64,000 nt of DNA, taken from Candidatus Hydrogenedentota bacterium. Its GTDB lineage: Bacteria > Hydrogenedentota > Hydrogenedentia > Hydrogenedentales > SLHB01. The translations under genes and the position numbers were made by a program. Position 1 is the stretch's first letter. The number at the start of each line of letters is the position of its first letter. The notes beneath the pieces are model-generated. The model did not search any database. It was not told the origin of the DNA and worked only from the letters and a program-made list of their open reading frames with translations. The DNA is taken from positions 20,591 through 84,590 of the forward strand of contig BTVY01000032.1 in assembly GCA_045863335.1 (NCBI GenBank). The letters run 5' to 3'. Shown here piece by piece: positions 1-8,948 of the stretch.

Positions 1-638
1 TCGCGCTCGTGGGCTTCAGCGGTTCCGGGAAGACGACCATCGCCAAGCTCATCCCGCGGTTCTACGACGTGAAGGGCGGCGCGATCGCCATCGACGGCGT
101 GGACATCCGCGATGCGAGTTTCCGCAGTCTCCGCGATCAGATCAGCATCGTCACGCAGGAGTCGATCCTCTTCAACGAATCCGTCTCAGAGAACATCGCC
201 TTCGGCTCGGACCGGTTCAGCGCCGAGCAGGTATCCGCTGCCGCACGCGCGGCCCACGCCGAGGATTTTGTCCAGCAGTTGCCCCGGGGCTACGGCACCA
301 TCCTCACCGAATCCGGCGGCTCCTTGTCCGGCGGACAGCGCCAGCGCCTGGCCATTGCGCGCGCCGTTCTCAAGGACCCCGCCATTCTTATCCTTGACGA
401 AGCCACCTCCAGCCTCGATTCCGAAAGCGAGCGCGCCATTCAGCAGGCCATCGAAGAGAACATCGTGGGACGGACGACCCTCGTCATCGCCCACCGCTTG
501 TCGACCGTGCGCCGTGCGGACCGGATTCTGGTCCTGGATCAAGGGCGGATCGTGGAGGAGGGAACCCACCACGAACTCATCGCGCTCGGCGGCTTGTACA
601 AGCGCCTGCACGACGTGCAGTTTCAACCGGAAAAATGA
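1..638 (+). CDS. ABC transporter ATP-binding domain (MsbA-like exporter), 5'-partial
   Basis: Walker A GFSGSGKT, signature LSGGQRQR, Walker B ILILDEATS, H-loop IAHRLST. The frame is open from the window edge. Confidence 0.92.
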   Translation, partial: ALVGFSGSGKTTIAKLIPRFYDVKGGAIAIDGVDIRDASFRSLRDQISIVTQESILFNESVSENIAFGSDRFSAEQVSAAARAAHAEDFVQQLPRGYGTILTESGGSLSGGQRQRLAIARAVLKDPAILILDEATSSLDSESERAIQQAIEENIVGRTTLVIAHRLSTVRRADRILVLDQGRIVEEGTHHELIALGGLYKRLHDVQFQPEK

Positions 639-640
639 AA

Positions 641-669
641 AGGGCGGGCCGTGCCGTCACGACCCGCCC
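641..669. terminator. GC-rich hairpin between convergent genes; likely terminator
   Basis: gggcggg-cc-gtg...cac-ga-cccgccc stem preceded by an A-run, lying between the stops at 638 (+) and 682 (-). Confidence 0.6.
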
Positions 670-681
670 GTAGTATTCCGG

Positions 682-2067
682 TTACTGCAAGAGAGCGCCC
701 TGGTACTCGCCGGTCTGCGCGTTGAGGAATGCCTCGACCGCGGCCACCTGCTGCGGGCTCATCGAGCGGCCCATCTGGTACTCCGCCATGATTTGAATGA
801 CTTCGCCCAGATCGCTCGTCGACCCATCGTGCAGGTAAGGCGCGGTCAGGGCGATGTTGCGAAGGGTCGGGGTTCTGAACTTGTGCAAGTCCGCTTCGTC
901 CTTCGTCACGTTGAAGCGCCCCTTATCCGCGTCCGTCAATTCCCGGCCCGCGAAGTAATCCTTTTTGCGGCCCATTTTCTCAAAGGACTGACCACCCATC
1001 GACTTGCCGACGTGGCAGGTCGCGCAGCCGAACTGCTGGAACGTGTGATACCCTTCGAGTTCCTGCGCGTTCAACGCCTCGGCGTCGCCCTTCAGATATC
1101 GGTCGAACTTGCTGTTTGGCGTGACCAGCGTGCTCTCGAAGGTCGCGATGGCGTCGATCATCGTATCTTTCGATGGTCCCTCAGGATAGACCGCGTTGAA
1201 TTCCGCGATGAACGCCGCGTCCTGGTTGAGCTTGGTACACACCTCTTCCCAGTTGCACGCCATCTCAATGGGATTGTTGACCGGCCCGTCTGCCTGTTCG
1301 CGCAAGTCGGCCGCGCGTCCGTCCCAGAACTGCACGAAGCACAGACCCGCGTTGAACACCGTGGGCGAGTTAATGCCACCCACCGCATCGCCGACGCCGA
1401 CCGAGAACTGCAAGCGATCCGTGCCGCCCTTATCCAGCGCGTGACAACTTGCGCACGAGACCGTGTTGTCTCCCGAAAGCCGCGTATCGTGGAACAGCTT
1501 GTTACCGAGCGCGACTTTCGCCGGGTCGGCCTCGACCGAGTCCGGCACCGGCTGAATCATGCTACTGGCAAACTCGGCAGCCGCCGTGCCGGTCGCGTAG
1601 TGGCTACTGCGAACGGAGTGAATCCAGGATACGACCGCATCCCGGTCGGACTCCGAGAGCGCTCCGTTCCAATGAAGGGCGAGGTAAGGTTTGGGCGGCA
1701 TGGACCCGTCGGAAAGCGACTGTTCTAGCTTTGCCAGTGCGGCTTCCGATACCGGCTGGCCTTCCTCCGATTGCAGGGCTGAGGCCATATCCATGTACGC
1801 GAGCCCGGTCTGAATATCCTTCTCGAGAAGGCCGCGGACGCCAGGGATGAAGGCGTACATGGGAAGCACATAATCCTCGCTGTGGCAGTCCGCACACTTC
1901 TGCGAGAGTACGTCCCTAGCCTGCACAAAGGCCTCGTCATGGGCTTCGATTGCGGAAATGGAGGTCGTCTCCGGCTTGGAAACCAGGAGATTGGAAAGGG
2001 GCAACAAAAGTACGACCAGTATTAGGACCAGAATGGTTATGAACAAGCGTTTCCTGGACTTCGACAT
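682..2067 (-). CDS. ccp: Tri-heme cytochrome c peroxidase (YhjA/Ccp type, membrane-anchored)
   Basis: Three CxxCH motifs (CADCH, CASCH, CATCH), QFWDGRAADL and FRTPTLRNIALTAPYLHDG motifs, N-terminal TM helix. Start placed at MSKSRKR (2067). Confidence 0.9.
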   Translation of the reverse strand: MSKSRKRLFITILVLILVVLLLPLSNLLVSKPETTSISAIEAHDEAFVQARDVLSQKCADCHSEDYVLPMYAFIPGVRGLLEKDIQTGLAYMDMASALQSEEGQPVSEAALAKLEQSLSDGSMPPKPYLALHWNGALSESDRDAVVSWIHSVRSSHYATGTAAAEFASSMIQPVPDSVEADPAKVALGNKLFHDTRLSGDNTVSCASCHALDKGGTDRLQFSVGVGDAVGGINSPTVFNAGLCFVQFWDGRAADLREQADGPVNNPIEMACNWEEVCTKLNQDAAFIAEFNAVYPEGPSKDTMIDAIATFESTLVTPNSKFDRYLKGDAEALNAQELEGYHTFQQFGCATCHVGKSMGGQSFEKMGRKKDYFAGRELTDADKGRFNVTKDEADLHKFRTPTLRNIALTAPYLHDGSTSDLGEVIQIMAEYQMGRSMSPQQVAAVEAFLNAQTGEYQGALLQ

Positions 2068-2359
2068 CGCGGATTCCCCCATGCGTTTACTGCGCGCGAT
2101 TCCCGGCGAGACACCGGCCATTGCCGGCCATACCGGTTCCGATACTCCCCCGAGCACCGTTACGCGCTGAAGCGACCAGTCCTTTGGCCCGAATACCTGA
2201 GTTGCCGGACTGGCACCCACATAATACGCACCGCGCGTACGCCATTCAAAGTATCCCCGGAATCACTCCGTTTTCCACCGCACAGGAGAGATTGCTCCCG
2301 GTCGTCACATCGGTACCCTCGAATCGTGTATACTCTCGATAACCCATGTTTTTAGCGCG

Positions 2360-2389
2360 TTGACAGGAGAGGCTCTGGCCCACTATGAT
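2360..2389 (+). promoter_or_regulatory. Sigma70-like promoter of the TetR-RND operon
   Basis: TTGACA-N18-TATGAT upstream of the TetR gene. Confidence 0.6.
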
Positions 2390-2426
2390 ATTGCGCTGAG
2401 TGAAAACCGGCGTCGGTGGAGTGAAC

Positions 2427-3068
2427 ATGCCCGCAAAAATGGACCGGATCCCGGATGAAGTCAGTACCGCCAATGAAGCGGAGAAACGACTCTTGGCCAG
2501 CGCCTTGGGCCTGTTTTCCGAAAAAGGGTACGAAGGCACGAGTATCCGGGAAATCATTGAACGCGCAGGGGTTACGCGGCCCGTGCTCTATTACTATTTC
2601 GAGAATAAGGAACACTTGTTTCGCCGCCTCGTCGAGACTTGGTTTGCGGAACTTGTGGAAGACATGGATCGCGTCCAGGTAGGCGTCGTCGGCTATCGCG
2701 AGCGGCTCAAGGTTCTGATTTGGAACATTTTCGAACACGCGGAGGGTTCGCCCACCGTCGTGAGGCTCATATTTCACACGTTCTTCGCGCCGCGCCACCA
2801 AGCGCCGAAGCTCGATAAGGACGCGTTGTGGGAGTCCCGGTTCACACGGATCAAGAGCATCATGCAGGAAGGCGTGGAATCCGGCGACTTCGCTGGCCAC
2901 GATCCCGATTCTCTCGCCATGACGTTCTGCGGTATGATGGACATGCACATCATGACCAAGATCAACCGCCCGCATATGGAACTCTCCAAGGAACTGGGGG
3001 AGACGATTGTGGACATCTTCCTCGATGGCGCCCGAAAACGGGTAACCGGTCCCGGTGCTGTCGAGTAG
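2427..3068 (+). CDS. TetR/AcrR family transcriptional regulator
   Basis: HTH region LFSEKGYEGTSIREIIERAGVTRPVLYYYFENKEHLF; first gene of an RND operon. Start uncertain (2400, 2427 or 2439). Confidence 0.92.
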   Translation: MPAKMDRIPDEVSTANEAEKRLLASALGLFSEKGYEGTSIREIIERAGVTRPVLYYYFENKEHLFRRLVETWFAELVEDMDRVQVGVVGYRERLKVLIWNIFEHAEGSPTVVRLIFHTFFAPRHQAPKLDKDALWESRFTRIKSIMQEGVESGDFAGHDPDSLAMTFCGMMDMHIMTKINRPHMELSKELGETIVDIFLDGARKRVTGPGAVE

Positions 3069-3140
3069 CGCGCCGCAACTTCGACCGCTGCAGTATGCCG
3101 CGGTCAGGGGTGCGCGAAGTGTATTTACTGGAGTGGGGCC

Positions 3141-4214
3141 ATGAATAAGGCACTGATTAGCGCCGTTGTCTGTTTGGGGATCGTTGTCGCGGGGGCTTTC
3201 ATCATTCTGGCGCCGCGGCCCGGAACGGACGAAGCGGAGGCCAGCAATACCGTCAATTCCGCCGAGCGCGTCCCCAACGTCAAGGTTCGCGTTCTCGAAG
3301 CGCAGGAACTCAAAGATATCCTGAACCTCACCGGTACGGTCCATCCCTGGGAAGACGTCACCATCGCGGCCGAGACCTCCGGCCGCGTCGATTGGAAGGG
3401 GATTGAAAGCGGCGAATCCGTGACGAAAGGGCAGGAGTTGTTCCGCGTCGACAGCGAAGCCTTGCGCGCTGCTCTCGGGCAGGCCGAGGCACAGGCGCGC
3501 CTGGCGACGCAGGAGTATGACCGCGTCCAACGATTGCTGGAACGGGGAGCCAGCACGCGGCAAGACGAAGACAGCGCCGTGGCCAATCGTGACGTCGCAT
3601 CTGCCAGCCTTCGAGCCACTCAGATCCAGGTCGAGAAGAGCACCATCGAGGCGCCTTTCGATGGCCTTGTCGACCGCGTGTTTCAAGATCAAGACGAGTT
3701 TGTGGATACGGGCCAGCCAATGGCCCGGCTCGTGCAAGTCCACAAAGTCAAAGTCAATGTAGGCATTCCCGAACGTGACATTCCCCATTTCGAGATCGGA
3801 GACGCCGTATCTGTCCGGTTGGATGCCTACCCAGACCGGGTGTTCGAGGGCACCATCCATATTATTTCTCCAACGGCAGACCTGGCCACCCACACCTTTA
3901 CTGCCGAAATCGCCCTCGAGAACCCCGACGGATGCCTCATGCCGGGGATGATCGCGCGGGCCGAGTTGATTCGGAACGTCTATCCGGATTCGATCGTGAT
4001 TCCGGTGTTCTCTGCCATGTTGCTCGACGATAGCCGGTACGTTTTCTTGGAACGGGACGGCATCGCAGCGCTGCAACCCATCGAGATCGGAATCGTCCAG
4101 GGGAACGACATCCAAATTACCGCGGGACTCAAGCCGGGCGATCGTTTAATCGTCGTGGGGCAGCGCGACGTTCGTCCCGGCGAACCGGTTAAAGTTCAAG
4201 AAACCATCCAGTGA
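3141..4214 (+). CDS. RND efflux periplasmic adaptor (MFP) subunit
   Basis: N-terminal TM, lipoyl/hairpin pattern (IAAETSGRV...VTKGQELFRVD, IEAPFDGLV), LMPGMIARA, GLKPGDRLIVVGQ. Confidence 0.93.
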   Translation: MNKALISAVVCLGIVVAGAFIILAPRPGTDEAEASNTVNSAERVPNVKVRVLEAQELKDILNLTGTVHPWEDVTIAAETSGRVDWKGIESGESVTKGQELFRVDSEALRAALGQAEAQARLATQEYDRVQRLLERGASTRQDEDSAVANRDVASASLRATQIQVEKSTIEAPFDGLVDRVFQDQDEFVDTGQPMARLVQVHKVKVNVGIPERDIPHFEIGDAVSVRLDAYPDRVFEGTIHIISPTADLATHTFTAEIALENPDGCLMPGMIARAELIRNVYPDSIVIPVFSAMLLDDSRYVFLERDGIAALQPIEIGIVQGNDIQITAGLKPGDRLIVVGQRDVRPGEPVKVQETIQ

Positions 4215-7200
4215 GAATTGCGAATCTTGCCGTAGACCGCAGCACCACGATCATCGTGTTGCTCATCATCATTACCATCGCCGGCGTGTACAGCTACGCC
4301 GTGCTCCCGCGGGAATCGAACCCCGAAGTCATCGTTCCTTTCATCAATGTGACGGTCACCTACGAGGGCGTTACCCCGGAGGACATGGAGTCCCTGGTGA
4401 CCGTTCCGATTGAACGGAAACTTACGGGGCTCTCCGACGTGAAGGAAATCACGTCGACAAGCGTGGAGGGCGTCTCCACGATCGTGATCGAGTTTCAGCC
4501 GGACACGGTGATTGAAGACGCCCTGCAACGCGTGCGCGACAAAGTGGATCTTGCCAAGTCCGACTTGCCCGAAGATGCGGATGATCCTCTCATCAACGAG
4601 ATCAACCTGGGGGAGATTCCCATCATGTTGATGTCGTTGACGGGGAGTGTGGGGTTGCCGGTGCTGAATGAGATCGCGGAAGAATTGGAGGACCGGATCG
4701 AGGCGATTCCCGGTGTGCTCGACGTGCAGCTCATCGGCGGCGTGGAACGCGAAATTCAGATTGAGGTCGATCCGGATCGCGTCGCCGAGTACAACATTCC
4801 GCTCACCGACCTCGTCGAGGTGACGCGACTCGAGAACGTCAACACCCCCGGCGGTTCCATGGATCTCGGCGAAGCCAAGTTTCTCATGCGCACGCCCGGC
4901 GAAATCAGCACGCCCGAGGAATTGGCAAACCTTGTCGTGCGCGTCGGACCGGAGGGCACCGTGCATCTCCGGGACATCGCATCGATCAAGGATGCCTTCA
5001 AAGAACTGGATAGCCTCTCGCGTGTGGACGCCAATCCAGCGGTCACCCTGGCAATCTCCAAGCGTTCCGGCGAGAACATCATTCGCATTGCCGACCAGGT
5101 CAACGCGATGTTTGAGGAACTTCAGGACGGCCTGCCGCAGGGGATCGACATCGCGCTCACCTGGGACGAGTCCGTCTTCGTCCGCGACATGGTGAACGAA
5201 CTCGAGAACAGCATCTTGAGCGGTCTCATCCTGGTGTTGGCGGTGATCTTCATCTTTCTGGGGTTCACCAACGCCCTGTTCGTCGCGCTCGCGATTCCCA
5301 TTTCCATGTTGATTACCTTCTTCGTGCTCTACATGTCCGGCGTGACGTTGAACATGGTGGTGCTGTTCAGCCTGACCCTCGCCTTGGGCATGTTGGTCGA
5401 TAACGGGATCGTGGTGGTCGAGAACATCTACCGCCACATGCAGCTTGGGCTCGACCGTGTGGCCGCCGCAAAGAAAGGCGTTGACGAAGTCGCGTGGCCC
5501 ATTATCGGATCGACGCTCACCACCGTCGCGGCCTTCGCCCCCATGTTTTTCTGGCCCGGCATTTGGGGCAAGTTCATGGTGTATCTGCCCCTCACCGTGA
5601 CGCTGGCGCTCATGTCATCTTTGTTCGTGGGGCTCATCGTCAATCCGGCCCTGGCCGGGCGGTTCATGCGCGCCAAGGTTGCCGTCCGAAAAGACGGCCG
5701 GATCAAGCGCCATCCCATCCTGCACAGCTACGCCGCCATTCTTCACCAGGCGATACGGTGGCGCGCCGTCACGGTGACCATTGCCGTGGTGGGACTGGTC
5801 GTTATCACCTTCGAGTTCTTTACGCATGCCGAATTTGAGTTCACGCCGACGATTGAGCCGCCTCAGGCGGACATCGACATCGAGTGTCCGGAAGGAACGA
5901 ACCTCGCCACCTCGGATGCGTACGTCAAGCTGGTGGAGGACGTGCTCGAACCGTACCGTGATAATCTCGAGCACGTGATCGCGAACGTCGGTTCCCAAGG
6001 TGTCAGCCTCTACGGGGAGAACCGCGCAAACACGACGCATCTCAGCCGCGTGACGCTGGACTTCCCCAAGCTGGAAGACTGCACGGTTATGCCCAGCACC
6101 ATCGTCGAGCAAGTGCGAAAAGACTTGGCGAGCGTCACCGGCGCGGAGGTTCGCATCAAGAAGATGGACATGGGGCCGCCGACCGGTCCCCCTATCAATA
6201 TCGAGATCAGCGGCGACGATTTCGATACGCTCGCCCAGTTGGCCAAGGATATTCGCGCCCACATCAAGGACGTTCCGAACCTGGTTGACCTCCGCGACGA
6301 CTATAACAAGGGGAAGCCGGAGGTCCGTGTGATCGTTGACCGCCAGCAGGCGTGGAAGACGGGTCTCAATACTTCCCTCATTGGAGTCACCGTTCAAACC
6401 GCGGTGGACGGACGCAAGGCCGGCGACTACCGGGAGGGCGACGAAGAGTACGACGTCGTCGTTCGATTCCCGCAAGCGTTTCGGGAAGACCTGTCGAACA
6501 TCGAATCCATGAAGTTGATCAACCTCCGCGGCGAAGCGATTCCCATGTCCGTGGTTGCCCATGTCGAGCAAGGCGCGGGGCTGGGAAGCATCACGCGAAT
6601 CGATCGCCGCCGTACCGTGACCGTGTCCGCGGACATCGAGGCTGGCTCCTTGGGCCAGGAAGTGCTGGATGACGTGCGCGAGACGATGGCGAGTTTTACA
6701 CTCCCCGCAGGGTACACCGTCGAGTACACGGGGGAAAACGAGGATACCGAGGAAACCGAAGCCTTTCTGTCGCGTGCATTCGTGGCGGCGGTGCTTCTGA
6801 TTACGTTGGTGCTTGTGGCCCAGTTCAATTCCATCCTGCAACCATTCATTATTGTGAGTTCGGTCGTGCTCTCGCTTGCCGGGGTTTTCCTCGGCCTGTT
6901 TGTGTTCGACATGCCCTTCGGCATTCTCATGACGGGGATCGGCGTAATCAGTCTTGCCGGGGTCGTCGTGAACAATGCCATCGTGCTGATCGATTTCATC
7001 AATCAGATGCGAGCCTTGGGCCACTCCGTCGAGGACGCGGTGGTGGAGGCGGGTATCACGCGGTTCCGGCCGGTGATGCTTACGGCAATCACCACGATTC
7101 TCGGGCTAGTACCGATGGCATTGGGGATTAGCTTTGATTTCCGCGAGTTCCACTGGACCTTTGGCGGGGAGTCGAGCCAGTGGTGGGGTTCCATGGCCGT

Positions 7201-7348
7201 GGCTGTCATCTTTGGCCTGGCATTCGCAACGATTCTGACACTCGTCGTTGTCCCCGTCTTGTACACCTTTACGGCGAGCCTCACGGAAATCGTGACCTCG
7301 ACCTCGACGGAAGAGTCACCCCAGCCGTCGGAAGTTTCGGCGAAGTAG
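4211..7348 (+). CDS. RND efflux permease (AcrB/AcrD/AcrF family)
   Basis: 1045 aa; GMLVDNGIVVVENIYR, RFRPVMLTAITTILGLVPM; 4-bp overlap with the MFP gene. Confidence 0.95.
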   Translation: MRIANLAVDRSTTIIVLLIIITIAGVYSYAVLPRESNPEVIVPFINVTVTYEGVTPEDMESLVTVPIERKLTGLSDVKEITSTSVEGVSTIVIEFQPDTVIEDALQRVRDKVDLAKSDLPEDADDPLINEINLGEIPIMLMSLTGSVGLPVLNEIAEELEDRIEAIPGVLDVQLIGGVEREIQIEVDPDRVAEYNIPLTDLVEVTRLENVNTPGGSMDLGEAKFLMRTPGEISTPEELANLVVRVGPEGTVHLRDIASIKDAFKELDSLSRVDANPAVTLAISKRSGENIIRIADQVNAMFEELQDGLPQGIDIALTWDESVFVRDMVNELENSILSGLILVLAVIFIFLGFTNALFVALAIPISMLITFFVLYMSGVTLNMVVLFSLTLALGMLVDNGIVVVENIYRHMQLGLDRVAAAKKGVDEVAWPIIGSTLTTVAAFAPMFFWPGIWGKFMVYLPLTVTLALMSSLFVGLIVNPALAGRFMRAKVAVRKDGRIKRHPILHSYAAILHQAIRWRAVTVTIAVVGLVVITFEFFTHAEFEFTPTIEPPQADIDIECPEGTNLATSDAYVKLVEDVLEPYRDNLEHVIANVGSQGVSLYGENRANTTHLSRVTLDFPKLEDCTVMPSTIVEQVRKDLASVTGAEVRIKKMDMGPPTGPPINIEISGDDFDTLAQLAKDIRAHIKDVPNLVDLRDDYNKGKPEVRVIVDRQQAWKTGLNTSLIGVTVQTAVDGRKAGDYREGDEEYDVVVRFPQAFREDLSNIESMKLINLRGEAIPMSVVAHVEQGAGLGSITRIDRRRTVTVSADIEAGSLGQEVLDDVRETMASFTLPAGYTVEYTGENEDTEETEAFLSRAFVAAVLLITLVLVAQFNSILQPFIIVSSVVLSLAGVFLGLFVFDMPFGILMTGIGVISLAGVVVNNAIVLIDFINQMRALGHSVEDAVVEAGITRFRPVMLTAITTILGLVPMALGISFDFREFHWTFGGESSQWWGSMAVAVIFGLAFATILTLVVVPVLYTFTASLTEIVTSTSTEESPQPSEVSAK

Positions 7349-7394
7349 CGCGACCACACCTCCACAGCCACGCACACAATGTCGATGGTTCGCA

Positions 7395-8840
7395 ATGATA
7401 AGATCGAAACTTCGTATAGTGTTCGCAACATTACTCCTGGTTGCGGGACTCCTCTGTGTCGCGTACGGGCGGCTTTTTGAATTTGCCGGAGAGATACGCA
7501 TCCGCACGGGTTCCGCCGAAGCGATCGCCGTCGCCACGCCTTCACCCTTTCGTATGAATCGAAATTCGCTCCGAAAACACGTGCCCGGCCGCGAGATCCC
7601 CTTCGCCAATCCCGATGACGCTAGAGGCTGGATTGATGCCGATCGATATTACGATGTCGCGTCGCTGCCCTTTGCGATCGCTATCGCCGGCGCGAACCTG
7701 GAGGCGGACCGCGAGGTGGGTGGTCCGCTTGTGGTCTCCGGCCCGGACAGCGAAACGCGCGTGCCCGTCGAATCCGGCCAGAACGTGTCGATTGGTGGTG
7801 AAGAATTCACGATGGGAGCGGTCCGCCCATGGTCGGGGCTTGTACATGCGCCGGGCAATCCACCCATGGCGGAACTGACGCTTTTCGCCGGCGACGAATC
7901 AGCGGGCGCCGCCGGGAATACCTACTTCGTGCCCGACGGCGCATGGGTTCGGGCGAATCAGGAAACGGCGCTGCATTTTCGTTGGGCGGCTTCTGAGGAC
8001 GATAGTGAACAAGCACTGAACGAGGGCCGGGGACGGAGCGTCGCCCGGTGGGGGATCATTTCGGAAGAGCAGGGAGAATGGCTAACGACGTTCCAACCCG
8101 GTTCCGGTCTTGTTACGGCCGATGGGTCCAGCGTCGTGTTGCTTCAACGGGATGATACGCACGCTGGTCCGGGCGGAACGACTTCCGCAATCGAAGTGGC
8201 CCTTGAAAACTCGGAAGGTGTCGAACGCCGGTGGGTGCCTGCCAACGAGACCGTTCCTGGCTTCCCGGTCCGTTACGAGAACCTGCCGGAAATGCCGCGC
8301 GTTTTACATGTCATCGCGTGGGAGCCTGGGCGATCCACCGTGTTTCCCGCTATGCATGGCACGCGTGGCAAACCGGCCGCCCTGGATCGCGGTGAAACGT
8401 GGTCGGACGCCGGACTGCGGCTTCGTCTTGATGACGTTCAGCCGTCGGCTACTGCCGTCAAACCAGACGCATCCTCTCAGTTCGAGGTCGCACTCGAAGG
8501 CCGCGATCGCGAGCTCGCGGTCCCTGAAAACAGCCCGGTGCAATTAGGATCCTCAGTCGTACGGTTCGAAGCGCGTGTCCAGCCTGCAAAGGTCTCGTAT
8601 CGAGCGGCCATCTACAGACCTGGGCAGGAACAACCGGAAATGCTTGACCTTGGTCCCGAAACTGCGCTCAATCTTGATGGCTGGCAGGTACAACAACACG
8701 CGAACCGCCACACGTCGGCGGACCTGGCTGTTCTCCGTATGCGCCAACGGTCGCCTGGACTCGCGACGATCGCCGGGATTTCACTGTGCATCGCGGCGAC
8801 GCTTCTGTTCCTGACAGCGCGTCGCGCCGGGGTGCGGTAG
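7395..8840 (+). CDS. Hypothetical membrane-anchored extracytoplasmic protein (N- and C-terminal TM; possibly ResB-like)
   Basis: 481-aa ORF with hydrophobic termini and a beta-rich middle; co-oriented with its neighbours. No diagnostic motif. Confidence 0.55.
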   Translation: MIRSKLRIVFATLLLVAGLLCVAYGRLFEFAGEIRIRTGSAEAIAVATPSPFRMNRNSLRKHVPGREIPFANPDDARGWIDADRYYDVASLPFAIAIAGANLEADREVGGPLVVSGPDSETRVPVESGQNVSIGGEEFTMGAVRPWSGLVHAPGNPPMAELTLFAGDESAGAAGNTYFVPDGAWVRANQETALHFRWAASEDDSEQALNEGRGRSVARWGIISEEQGEWLTTFQPGSGLVTADGSSVVLLQRDDTHAGPGGTTSAIEVALENSEGVERRWVPANETVPGFPVRYENLPEMPRVLHVIAWEPGRSTVFPAMHGTRGKPAALDRGETWSDAGLRLRLDDVQPSATAVKPDASSQFEVALEGRDRELAVPENSPVQLGSSVVRFEARVQPAKVSYRAAIYRPGQEQPEMLDLGPETALNLDGWQVQQHANRHTSADLAVLRMRQRSPGLATIAGISLCIAATLLFLTARRAGVR

Positions 8841-8948
8841 GCTTCGCTGACGCGTTTTATCCCACTACCGAATTGGACTATACTGCGCAGTCTACGGGCG
8901 CGCGCGTCGAATTTCGCCCGGTAACCTGAGCAGCAAAGGACAGCACCA

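Noticed and set aside
112-1728. 538-aa + strand ORF, and similar long ORFs at 2352-4115, 4196-5437, 5615-7024, 14013-15869, 22755-24143, 29371-30819, 39988-41427 and 53688-55322
   Set aside because: Antisense shadows of well-supported genes; expected in high-GC DNA with strong codon bias, and they carry no motifs.
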